From positions 25,261 to 89,260 of IMG/VR virus record IMGVR_UViG_3300038465_000039: a stretch of DNA of 64,000 nt. One strand, written 5' to 3'. Origin of the DNA: a virus. Positions 29,954-39,661 of the stretch are shown one piece after another (positions within the stretch are counted from its first letter, which is position 1; each line of letters opens with the position of its first letter). Under the pieces are notes generated by a model, which made no database searches, was not told the DNA's origin, and worked only from the letters and a program-made list of their open reading frames with translations. The position numbers and the translations under genes are program-made.

Positions 29954-30691
29954 GTGAAGAAACAACCGGCATATGCTTCTGAGGTCGCGCTCTGCGCAGC
30001 ATTCCTTGCTGCCGTCGATAAGCAGAAGTGGACCGCTTATGCCGAGAGTCTAGGATGGGACATCCTACTTGTTCGAAATCGTGACGGATTCCAGATCGGT
30101 ATCCAAGCCAAACTGCGGCTCAATGTCGAAGTCATCAATCAAGCAATCGAGGAAGGTGCATGGTATAGGATCGACGAACCCGGCCCCGATTGTCGCGCAA
30201 TCCTGGTCCCTCCAGATGGCGGCCCGGCCTTCGACAAGGTTTGTGATTTCATCGGACTGACAATCATCCGGATGCGCGACATGACGCATCTCAATCCGCG
30301 CTGGAACAGTGCGTTCATGCCGTCGCTGCCTGACGATCAAATCCATGATCGGGAGTGGCACGAGATGGCGCCGACGAAACGCCACAAGCTACCGGAGTAT
30401 ATTCCTGATGTAGCCGCTGGATCATCGGCGCCGATCCAACTCACACAGTGGAAAATCAAGGCGATCAAGATCGCTATTCTTTTGGAGAGCCGCGGTTATG
30501 TTACCCGCGCCGATTTTTCCTACCTACAGATAGATCATCGTCGCTGGATAACGATGGGTTGGTTGAAGATTGAGAATGGTCGATACGTAGCCAACGCTTC
30601 CCCTGACTTCAAGGCTCAGCATCCCATCGTCTACGGCCAGATCGAATCCGATGTAGAAAAGTGGAAACCGAAACAATCGGAGATGCTATGA
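29954..30691 (+). CDS. Hypothetical protein, possible nuclease fold
   Basis: E...WDILLV...GIQAK pattern. Confidence 0.55.
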   Translation: MKKQPAYASEVALCAAFLAAVDKQKWTAYAESLGWDILLVRNRDGFQIGIQAKLRLNVEVINQAIEEGAWYRIDEPGPDCRAILVPPDGGPAFDKVCDFIGLTIIRMRDMTHLNPRWNSAFMPSLPDDQIHDREWHEMAPTKRHKLPEYIPDVAAGSSAPIQLTQWKIKAIKIAILLESRGYVTRADFSYLQIDHRRWITMGWLKIENGRYVANASPDFKAQHPIVYGQIESDVEKWKPKQSEML

Positions 30692-30948
30692 CAATCGATA
30701 TTACATTCAACGACAGCGGCCGCACAGCGACGCAGCCATCGAACCCGAAATTTCCGGACGGTATCGATGTCGATATTTCAGCACCGGGTCGTGCATCGTG
30801 TTGTTTCAACCTGAGTCATCCAGCCCCACGCGTCGGGACGTATTCGATTGTCTGCCGGACCTGTCGTTGCACCGCGGTCATCACCGTCGCCGGACGCCCC
30901 GACGATCCGCGCACCCTAACTTTACCGTGCAAGGAGATACGACATTGA
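30688..30948 (+). CDS. Small hypothetical protein
   Basis: ATGA overlap; CRTC, AGRPDDP. Confidence 0.55.
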   Translation: MTIDITFNDSGRTATQPSNPKFPDGIDVDISAPGRASCCFNLSHPAPRVGTYSIVCRTCRCTAVITVAGRPDDPRTLTLPCKEIRH

Positions 30949-31385
30949 GCGATCTTCCGTTTGTTGTCATGATCGACTATACGAACCACACTGGCATTCG
31001 TGCTATCCGTGAGATCGTACCAATGCCAACAAACGCGCTGCACTTCGGCTCGAATCAATGGCACCATGAACCGCAGTGGCTGATCGATGCGATCGACGTC
31101 GCGAAGAGCGACATCCGCACATTCGCAGTCAAGGATATCCATGCATGGTCGCCAAGAGATGCGGCTACTGGTCGGTCAATGGCATCCTACGCCAAGCAGC
31201 TGCAGGCCTCGATCGAGCGGAACGCGCGCATGAAGGTACGGCTCGCGAAGGTAATCGACGTGCTCGCCGGCGTTGACGGTAGCAAGAGCGACTCGCGCAG
31301 CGAGGTTGATGAAGCTATCCGCAGAATAATTGCCGCGCAAAATGCGATCACGGCAATCATGAAGGATGAGGAGCCGGTCTGGTGA
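30945..31385 (+). CDS. Stand-alone WYL-like domain protein
   Basis: IDYTNHTG...REIVP...QWLIDAIDVAKSDIRTFAVKDI; TTG start after AAGGAG. Confidence 0.7.
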   Translation: MSDLPFVVMIDYTNHTGIRAIREIVPMPTNALHFGSNQWHHEPQWLIDAIDVAKSDIRTFAVKDIHAWSPRDAATGRSMASYAKQLQASIERNARMKVRLAKVIDVLAGVDGSKSDSRSEVDEAIRRIIAAQNAITAIMKDEEPVW

Positions 31386-31729
31386 AGTTGGTTATCCTGG
31401 AGAGCCCGTTCGCAGCGAAAACCTTTATCGGTCGATGGCTGAATCGTCGGTACGCGCGCCGATGTGTTCGCGATTCTCTGATGCGCGGCGAGGCGCCTAT
31501 CGCTTCGCATCTGCTCTATACTCAACCGGGCATCTTGCGCGACGGCGATCCTGCCGAGCGCCAATGGGGAATCGACGCCGGACTGGCATGGGGAGACCGC
31601 GCTGACGCCACCGTTGTCTATACGGACCGCGGAACGTCGCGAGGTATGGTCTACGGCATCAACAATGCGGACCGCGCTGGCCGACCGGTCGAACTTAGGA
31701 TACTGAGGCGGCATTCGAACAACGGGTGA
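31382..31729 (+). CDS. Nucleoside deoxyribosyltransferase-like fold protein
   Basis: VILESPFA...GEAPIASHLLYTQ...VYTDRGTSRGM. Confidence 0.65.
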   Translation: MKLVILESPFAAKTFIGRWLNRRYARRCVRDSLMRGEAPIASHLLYTQPGILRDGDPAERQWGIDAGLAWGDRADATVVYTDRGTSRGMVYGINNADRAGRPVELRILRRHSNNG

Positions 31730-31738
31730 GGTACTGAG

Positions 31739-32209
31739 ATGGCGGGAAGCGTAAATAGGGTGATCTTGATCGGCAATCTCGGGAAGGATCCCGAGACGTT
31801 CGAGCGTAACGGCAATAAGACCGTCAAGTTCTCGATCGCGACCAGCGAAAGCTGGCGCGACAAAGCTACCGGAGAGCGCAAGGAGGTCACGGACTGGCAC
31901 AACATTGTCGTGTTCGACAAAACCGCAGCAGAGTTCGCGGAAAAATTCCTGAAGAAGGGAATGAAGGTCTACGTCGAGGGCAAGCAGAAGACGCGTAAGT
32001 GGACCGATAAAGACGGTGTTGATCGGTACACCACGGACACCGTTATTGCAGCGTTCGGAGGACAGTTGCAAAATCTGACGCGCAGCGACGGTGCAAGCGG
32101 TGGGGCACCGAGCGAGGACGACTATGGCACGCCGTCTGATCGAAACGGGCGCTCGGCATCGCAATCATCCAGCAGGCCCGAGGATGACGGCGGGGATATC
32201 CCCTTCTGA
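31739..32209 (+). CDS. ssb: Single-stranded DNA-binding protein
   Basis: SVNRVILIGNLGKDPE...TDWHNIV...DIPF tail. Confidence 0.97.
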   Translation: MAGSVNRVILIGNLGKDPETFERNGNKTVKFSIATSESWRDKATGERKEVTDWHNIVVFDKTAAEFAEKFLKKGMKVYVEGKQKTRKWTDKDGVDRYTTDTVIAAFGGQLQNLTRSDGASGGAPSEDDYGTPSDRNGRSASQSSSRPEDDGGDIPF

Positions 32210-32610
32210 TGGCCTCCCGCATTGTCCCAGAAGGTGGATGGTCGAATCTCAAACCGTTCAAGACGCCGCGAGTCGAGAAGCAATCACACCTGCGATTTGT
32301 GAAGTCGCTGATCTGTGTATGCTGTGCGGCCCAAGGTCTAACCGTGCAGGCTGACGACCCGCTGCACATTCGGTCGATCAGCCTCATTCACGGTAAGGAC
32401 GAAACAGGCGGATCGCGTAAGTCAGATGACAGGTGGACATTGCCAGGTTGCCGAAGACATCACGATCAGCAGCACGGCATGAACGAGCGAAACTTCTGGT
32501 CGATGTACCGCATCGACCCGTTCCTGCTTGCTTTGGTTTTGTGGGGCCTGACCGGAAACGAGCATGCTGCGGTCGAGGTTATACGGCTGCATGCGAGGGG
32601 AGGAGTTTGA
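32209..32610 (+). CDS. DUF968-like HNH-type protein
   Basis: HLRFVKSLICVCC...KSDDRWTLPGCRRHHDQQH. Confidence 0.75.
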   Translation: MASRIVPEGGWSNLKPFKTPRVEKQSHLRFVKSLICVCCAAQGLTVQADDPLHIRSISLIHGKDETGGSRKSDDRWTLPGCRRHHDQQHGMNERNFWSMYRIDPFLLALVLWGLTGNEHAAVEVIRLHARGGV

Positions 32611-32797
32611 TGCCGCCGTTCCGCGAAGATGTCAAAACCGCTTTCGGCAATCACAATCGTTTCGCCGAGGTGCTCGGTCAGATCGCTCATGGTCGGACCG
32701 ATAATGGTAGACCGCTGGCGGCTGAGAAAGTGCGCCAGATGGCGCGGGCCGTTCTTGTCGAGTGCGGCATCAATACGTGGTCACCGGACGAAACAGC

Positions 32798-33208
32798 ATG
32801 AGGCTTCTGGTATGCGGCGGCCGCGGCTACGGTGTCGTGCCGGACTGGTATCCGCAGGAACAAGCGGCTGAGGTCCGGGCGCGTGCTGCTCGTGAATCGT
32901 TCTTCCTGCGCGAGACGCTGGATTGCCTTCACATCGAAGATCCTGTCTCAGTGGTCATCCATGGCGGCGCACGCGGCGCCGATGCATTGGCCGGGCTATG
33001 GGCGGTCCGGAAGGGTATTGAGGTCTTAGTCTTCAGGGCGGACTGGCGAGGTTTAGGGAAGTCGGCCGGTCCCATCCGGAATGCGCGCATGATCTTCGAG
33101 GGGTTGCCGGCAATGGTCGTCGCCTTCCCAGGCGGCTCTGGAACAGCCGACATGGTGCGCCAGGCAACGGCCGCTGGTGTCCGCGTCTTTGAGGCCGGGC
33201 AAGGATAG
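32798..33208 (+). CDS. YspA/DUF2493 SLOG family protein
   Basis: LLVCGGR, IHGGARGAD, AGPIRN, AFPGGSGT. Confidence 0.85.
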   Translation: MRLLVCGGRGYGVVPDWYPQEQAAEVRARAARESFFLRETLDCLHIEDPVSVVIHGGARGADALAGLWAVRKGIEVLVFRADWRGLGKSAGPIRNARMIFEGLPAMVVAFPGGSGTADMVRQATAAGVRVFEAGQG

Positions 33209-33315
33209 CGGCGAGTCGGAAATAGCGCACCGGTGAGCTTCTCTGGCCCAGCGAACGGCCATCCACAGGGAAAGTTCAGGTCGTGAGACCGAAAAATAGC
33301 TACAAAAATCCTTTT

Positions 33316-33421
33316 CGGGTACGTGAAAATCACAACATACTGTTTTTCCATCATATTTTGATTGTCGGCGTACCCGTCAATGGTTTCGCGTACCCGCCAC
33401 GTACCCGTCATTTCGTACCCG
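33316..33421. repeat. CGTACCCG iteron-like array 2
   Basis: Five exact copies: 33316 (inverted), 33369, 33389, 33400, 33414, with an AT-rich spacer; TTGACG at 33449. Confidence 0.75.
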
Positions 33422-33629
33422 TTTCGACGATTGCGGCGAAAATAAATATTGACGGGCCGCGACAGATTGCGACAACCATACGCACGCGAGCCCCGAAAGG
33501 GGTATTGCGTCCATCATCCCTGCGAGCGCCAGAACGCCCCCCGACGCTCGGGTATCGACCTTCCTTCGAACGCCCGGCTGCTCACGCAGTCGGGCTTCGT
33601 TGTATCCGGGGGCAGGGGGAAATCTGGGG

Positions 33630-33971
33630 ATGGGCGACGGTCAATCGCTAGACGAGGCTTTCAAACAAATCGCTGCACTCCGGAAGACGATCGATGAGCA
33701 GCAGCGCACCATTACTCGGATGCAATCGGTCGGCGGCTTCGCCGACAGCAAACAACTATCGACGCGATCTCAGCGCCTCGAGGACCGTGTCGAGCGGCTT
33801 GAGTTCGACAGCGTGATGCACCAGGATGTCACCGCTCACACGGTCGACCTGATGTCGCGCCACCTGCACGAGCGTCATGATCTCGATCTTGATCGGGACA
33901 ATTCGCCCGACGTGATTTTCTTGCGCAAGATTCGGAAACGGTTGCGCGATTGGGCGGAAGACAAGGTCTGA
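33630..33971 (+). CDS. Coiled-coil hypothetical protein
   Basis: ORF downstream of a promoter-like sequence and structured leader. Confidence 0.5.
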   Translation: MGDGQSLDEAFKQIAALRKTIDEQQRTITRMQSVGGFADSKQLSTRSQRLEDRVERLEFDSVMHQDVTAHTVDLMSRHLHERHDLDLDRDNSPDVIFLRKIRKRLRDWAEDKV

Positions 33972-34452
33972 TGAGCAAGTGTCGGGATATCCGCGACACC
34001 CGACAAGACGAGAACCGGCTGCGGCCGGTGTCATCATGAATACTCGGCGCGCTCGCCGACAGGCGCGACCAGATCGAGAAGGAATGCTCTAGGAAGGCTG
34101 CTTACCAGCCCTCATCGCCCTGCGGCGACGCCATGAAATATAAGGCCGCAGTCTAGGCCTGTAGTATTTCTTGTTCTCTTCGCTCTTGCGCCTTTTGTAC
34201 TCCAGCGGATTCTCTTCACGTTTTCGCTTCCGATATGATCTCATGTAGATCTTGGCCTTTTCGGAATATGTCCGCATCACATCGGCTCGTCGAGTTCGGC
34301 TTCTATCATGAGATCGTCGATAGCCTGTTGCTCGGTTTCGCCGTGGCCGATGGGCGAACCGAGATCGTAGTCGTCGAATACAGCGCTCCAATCCGCATCA
34401 CGAAAAGGAACCGGCGGCGGGTCGTACTTCGTGATGATCTTGCGCGGTGGCA

Positions 34453-34905
34453 TCATCGTCTCCTCGGCTGCGGTGGTGTCGTGCACAGCACGTGATGCGC
34501 CATGCAGTAACTGGAGTTCTCAAGCTTCGGATGGCCGCAGAACGTCGGCGGATCACCTTCGGGATATCGACAGTCCCCCGGTAACAGATCGGCGAATGGT
34601 ACTGCGAGCGGCTTGACATCGACGACACGAAGCTTGGCTAAGCTCACCGGTTCGTGTGTAATGCTGAGACGTAACCCGTTGCTGTTCGTGTTCGCGGGCG
34701 TGATCCGGATTCGTGGTCTTGTGACCGGGCTTTTCGGCGGCTTCGGATCGTTTTCTTTACGAAATAATCCGAGTCTCGAAATCTTCCCGCAGACGGCGTT
34801 TCGCGTCACACGGAATTCACCCGCGATTTCGGTTGCTGATTTGCCCTCCGCGAACAGCGCCTTGAGACGCTCCACGCGGTCGTCAGTCCAAGCCATCGTT
34901 GTCAT
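34453..34905 (-). CDS. gcrA: GcrA-like cell-cycle regulator
   Basis: WTDDRVERLK...SATEIA...TRNAVCGKISRLGL; CRYPEGD...FCG...YCMAH. Confidence 0.9.
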   Translation of the reverse strand: MTTMAWTDDRVERLKALFAEGKSATEIAGEFRVTRNAVCGKISRLGLFRKENDPKPPKSPVTRPRIRITPANTNSNGLRLSITHEPVSLAKLRVVDVKPLAVPFADLLPGDCRYPEGDPPTFCGHPKLENSSYCMAHHVLCTTPPQPRRR

Positions 34906-36185
34906 CAGAATCTCCACGAGAAACCCCGGCATTCATGCCGGGGAGGGATAGCGGTTCCGGCATTGCCGGAATGCTTTTCTTGCGCGAGCAGAGATAAGTG
35001 AGTATATTGCCGGGGCGTCGCAGCGTTGGAACCGCCGCAACGCCCCTTGATTGCCCTCCGTTGGAACCGGAAAAGCAACCCGCCAACATGATCCTCACTT
35101 ACCGCTTTCGCGTCAAGGACGCATCGAACGGAACACGCAACGCTCTCAGAGCGCAGGCGCGGGCCGTCAATTTCGTTTGGAATTATTGCTGCCAGATCGA
35201 CCGCGAAGCCCATGCGCGCTGGAAAGCCGGGCGCGTCGCCAAACGGCCATCTGCGTTCGACATCGCCAATCTTTGCCGGGGCGTGACCAAGGAACTCGGC
35301 ATCCATTCCGACGCGGTTGATGCGATCTGCCGCAAGTTCGCGGACGCGCGCCAAGCATGTTTTCCGAAGACGCCGCGCTTCCGCTCCTACAAGCGCAACC
35401 TCGATTTCGTGCCGTTCTCCAACTTCAAACGTCCGGCCAAGCTCGACGGCGAGCACCTGACCGTGCTTGGTCGAACCTATCGACTGTGGCTGTCGCGCCC
35501 GATCCCGCCCGATGGGAAGCCAAAGACATTCGAGTTTTCGACCGACGCGCGCGGGCGCTGGTACGTCAATATTCAGGTCGAATTGCCGGATGCTGAGAAG
35601 CGGGTCGGCACCAGTGTCGGCATCGACCTTGGCCTTAAAGACCTCGCCACATTGAGCGACGGAAGCAAGATCGCCGCGCCTTTACCGCGCCAGCGAGCGG
35701 CAACTGGCGATGCACCAATCGCGCGGGCAGAAGGTCCGCGCCCGCGCCCTGTCGGCCAAGATCGCCAACAGGCGCAAGCATTTCCTCCACGTTGAAACGA
35801 GCAAGATCGCTCGTGACCATGCGGAGATTTACGTCGGAGATGTGAATGCGTCCGGCCTCAAACGCACCAAAATGGCGAAATCCGTTGGTGACGCAGGCTG
35901 GTCTATGTTCCGTAACATGCTGTCTTACAAAGCGATTGCGCTTGGCGGCAAATGCGAAATAGTTTCCGAACGTTGGACTACCCAAACCTGTAGCTCTTGC
36001 GGTTCTTTGCCGCAAAGCAGGCCGAAAGGTATCGCAGGACTTGGAATAAGGCATTTTGGATGTTCCGACTGCGGGGCGTTGCATGATCGCGACGTAAATG
36101 CGGCTAGAAATATTCTACGTGTCGGGGCGGAGCGTCGCCCTCTTGTTGAAGAAATCCCCGTCCTTTAGGGCGGGGAAGACGTTAA
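34906..36185 (+). mobile_element. IS200/IS605-family tnpB-only element
   Basis: Left hairpin CCCCGGCATTCATGCCGGGG, right hairpin CCCCGTCCTTTAGGGCGGGG then GACGTTAA; removing 34906-36185 restores an ATGA gene overlap. Confidence 0.85.
35088..36168 (+). pseudogene. tnpB: TnpB RNA-guided nuclease, frameshifted near 35680
   Basis: TYRFRV, VWNY, GIDLG in one frame; DAGW, TQTCSSCG, CSDCG, DRDVNAARNI in another. Confidence 0.85.
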
Positions 36186-36406
36186 CGTTGCATACCTTGT
36201 GTTGCGGTTGTGGATGCAGTGAACGCTTCGTGCATACGCTTATCCGCTGCAACCTTCAGATTGTAGGCATCGCGAAGACTATCGGGAGCATCACGAAGAA
36301 ACCAGTCCCATCGGGACTTGAATCCGGCCTTCTTGATCGCAGTTTCGAAAGCCTGGTCGGCTATACCTGCATCGCGCATGGCCTCGGAGATTATTCGATC
36401 AAACAT
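36182..36406 (-). CDS. Hypothetical protein upstream of gcrA
   Basis: GGAG RBS; its stop codon is supplied by the IS right end. Confidence 0.6.
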   Translation of the reverse strand: MFDRIISEAMRDAGIADQAFETAIKKAGFKSRWDWFLRDAPDSLRDAYNLKVAADKRMHEAFTASTTATQGMQR

Positions 36407-37176
36407 CTTGTTCTCTCCGGTCAGGCGACAAAGAGAGTGATGAAGATCAGCATGCCGGCGCCGATCGAGGCGAACGGGATGGTTATCGACAGGAACATTC
36501 GGTTTGACATCGGCTTCCTCCGTTGTCGTTGGGTTGAAGATCAGAACTTCCTCACGATACGAACCAATGTATCGGAGAGGTTTTCTTTCGGTAACGATGC
36601 TGTCTGCAATTGATCGAGCAGTCCCATCGAAATGCCGACATCGTAGCGGCCGTCAGGCCGGCTGATGCCGACGCCGACGCGCGCTGGTTTCTGGTTGCAC
36701 ATCAGGATCAAGAAAGCCTGCACCGCATCGGCTTTGAGCGTGAGGCGGTACAGCGGCGGTTTGGTCAGGGGTTTTGGCATCAGTCTTCCTCCTCGCGTTC
36801 TTCTTGTCGGATCAGTTCTTCGACCGCTATCTCCTCGCATTCCTCGCAGAGGTAGGCGTCGCAACGGCGGACGTAGCGTAGTTCGGCTCGGTGCCAGCAG
36901 TGCTCACAGACATGCATCATGATTGCACCTGATAGCCACACCGGCGCTGGTCAGCCTTGTACCGGCGTTGCCAGTACGGCGTTAACTCCATCGCTTCCGA
37001 CGGTCTGTCGGTCCATCCCCAATCGACGCCGCCCTGACCGGGAAGGCCGTTCGGTTTTCCGATGTAGTAGGTTTTGCCGTTAACGTGCTGTCTCCACCCG
37101 CGTCCGAGGGTATCGACACCTGCTGATAGTTTTGACATTTGGCTTCCTCCAATTGTCGGTTGCGGGGGGATCGAAA

Positions 37177-37491
37177 TCAGTTTTCGCCCACGTCGGCGCT
37201 GTCCATGCGCTGACCGTAGAGCGGGTCACAATTGCCGTCATCAACGGGTTGCGGCGGTTCGTCGACAAAGTTCGCAGCGTCATTGATGGCGACGACCAAT
37301 CTTCCGACCAGTGCGCGGTCGATCTCTTCAAAAAATAGATTGATCTCGACTTCGTTCGATTGGCAATCTGAGGCATCAGTATCGCCGTTGATGATGAGTT
37401 TGAGAGCAAGACCGTCATAGGAACCGGCCTTGATCTTTCGCACCCAGTGGTAGTTGGCGCTTGTCGTAATCATGAGTTTGTTGGACATCAT
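37177..37491 (-). CDS. Hypothetical protein
   Basis: GGAG RBS; MMSNKLMITTS start. Confidence 0.5.
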   Translation of the reverse strand: MMSNKLMITTSANYHWVRKIKAGSYDGLALKLIINGDTDASDCQSNEVEINLFFEEIDRALVGRLVVAINDAANFVDEPPQPVDDGNCDPLYGQRMDSADVGEN

Positions 37492-37701
37492 CGTCTCCGT
37501 GGTCTGGTTACTGGAAATATTAGCGGCGGTAGCGTTCCCGGTGGTCGATATCGTAAAGCGGCGCGGTCGGGATGGCCGCACGGACCTGTTCGAGCCAAGG
37601 CCGAAGATGTTCGGCGCCGGCCGCGACCCTGTGATCGAGTGAATCGGCGCAGGCTTCAAGAAACGCGCGGGAGCAATCCGGCAAGTCGGCCGCGGTTAGT
37701 T

Positions 37702-38145
37702 TCATCGGTCGAGCTCCCGGGCAAGAGCGTTGGCACCGGTCAGAAGCTTTTCGAGCGCGACGTGATAGTCGCTGATGACATCCACATCGTTGCCCCAGAT
37801 CAGGCGTATCCAGCAATCGTTATGGGCCGGGAAGTGGACGATCAGGTAGTCCTCGCCGGTACTACCGAGGGCGACGAATATCTCGGTCGCATCGTTTGAT
37901 CTTTTGACCGTGATATCTTCGCCGTCGTTCACGGATAGGCAAAGACCTTCGGCCAGCAAATCCTCGACGAGTTTGCCAACGATTTTCTTCTCGTTGTCCG
38001 AGGCGTCCGGGATAGGTGGCAGATCGGATTGTGCTGCAATGCGCAGCGCGTCGATCACGGTCTCGCGGCGTTTGCCGCTGATGTCGAGCGAGCGGTTCGA
38101 TGCATCGCTCTCGAATATGGCGAGTAGTTCTGTGAAGCGGTTCAT
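37702..38145 (-). CDS. Hypothetical phage protein
   Basis: ATGA-coupled; LIWGNDVDVISDY motif. Confidence 0.6.
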   Translation of the reverse strand: MNRFTELLAIFESDASNRSLDISGKRRETVIDALRIAAQSDLPPIPDASDNEKKIVGKLVEDLLAEGLCLSVNDGEDITVKRSNDATEIFVALGSTGEDYLIVHFPAHNDCWIRLIWGNDVDVISDYHVALEKLLTGANALARELDR

Positions 38146-38333
38146 CGGAATACTCCGTTCGCCATGCAGCCAGCTTCGTGGACGCGATCAAGTGCGGCAC
38201 AGAAGCGCTTTTCGTATCCAGCAATAAACCATGGTTGAGGGTTGGCCTTGCGGACGTGGGCAAGATCGTCCCGAGCCTGCAGAAGATCGGCGCGGGCGCG
38301 AAGCAGGTTCTGTTGAAGATTGTCGTTCATGGC

Positions 38334-38678
38334 TCAAGCCTCCGTACAGGTGAAAGATGCGCGGCCGTGGTTCTTGCCACCGCAGGAACATTCGCAGTTC
38401 ATGGTCTTGCCCGTTGCGTTCATGCAGCGAGCGTCGCATTCGTGGCGAGATGGGTTGGACTTGAAGTTGATAATCCGCTCGACCGGCAGCAGGGTTTTGG
38501 TCCAGCCTTGACCTTGCACATAGACGGGCTTTTCTGTGGCGACGCGGCCAACCTTCATCGAGAACCCGTCATAGCGCCGCCCCTTCACGCCGGGGAAACG
38601 CTTGGCGAACTCGGCATTGCCCATCGGCTGGAGGCTGACCAGTTCAGTATCGCCGTTGAAGTAAAGGGTTTTTGACAT
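38334..38678 (-). CDS. Cys-rich hypothetical protein
   Basis: GGAGG RBS; CDARCMNATG...CECSCGGKNHG; first gene after the promoter at 38714-38751. Confidence 0.7.
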   Translation of the reverse strand: MSKTLYFNGDTELVSLQPMGNAEFAKRFPGVKGRRYDGFSMKVGRVATEKPVYVQGQGWTKTLLPVERIINFKSNPSRHECDARCMNATGKTMNCECSCGGKNHGRASFTCTEA

Positions 38679-38713
38679 TTGAGCCCTCCGGGCTATTCCA
38701 GTGGTTTGTTCCA

Positions 38714-38751
38714 CTAAACTATTAGTATAGCATCGCGCCGCGCTCCGCAAG
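38714..38751 (-). promoter_or_regulatory. Promoter with palindromic operator
   Basis: TTGCGG...TATACT (15-nt spacer); CTAAACT-ATT-AGTATAG at 38714-38730. Confidence 0.65.
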
Positions 38752-39661
38752 GGGTATTTTGCAGAAATGTTGCGAGGGCCGCAAATGGCTTGGGACGTGA
38801 CATACGGCAAGCGTTCCGGTGCCTATCTCAGGGCCGGGCAGTCAGAGCTCTATGTCCGCCGCGAAGGGGGTGGCTGGACCTGGTTCGTCGATGGCATCCG
38901 GATGGGAGCCGCCGACGGCGAAGCCGTGGCGAAGGCTGCGAGTGAAGCGGCGCTCCGGGCTATGAGCCGGACACATACAGGCCGCATGGCAGCACCCACA
39001 TGGGAGCCGGACCGCGCCGCATAAACAGCAGTCCCGGTTCATAGCAAGTGAATTCCTCTTTTTGCCGTCCTGTGCCAAGCGCAGTCCCCTTTTTGATATC
39101 GTGACCGCGCACAAATTGGCATGAGAAGGTTACGAAGAGCTTAACGGGGGAGCCCCGGTGCGGGGGCGGAGCCCCGGGGAGTATCCCGGCCATGAACGCC
39201 AGAGCGCCTTCCCAAGCCAATACCAAGGCCGCCCATGCGGCCGTTCGGCAAAGCCCCACCGACCTGCTGGGCAATCCCGGCATGCCCATGGAGTGCTTCG
39301 CCGCCTGTTTCTCGCCGGTCTGCTTCCTGTGGGGTTGTGCCCGAACCCGCCCCGCCTATCCGAAAAGCGAGTACGTCGCTCCGGCCTCAGACCCTGCGTA
39401 ATGGCTGACATCGTCCAGTTCCCGATTGACGGGTTCCGCCCGGTAAACGACGCCAGCCTCAAGCGTGTCGTTGATGGTATGACTGCGGACCTTCGCATGG
39501 AGAGCGGGCGCGTCTACCGCGCCATTTGGATCGCCCGGGGTCGTTGCACCGCATGGTGGCCGCTCTCTGGCCCAAGAAAGCGCCCTATAGGGCTGATGGA
39601 CCCGGTGGCGTTTAGGCCCGTGCATCTCGCGTCTGTTTGATTCTTCTGAAAGTTTTTACCG

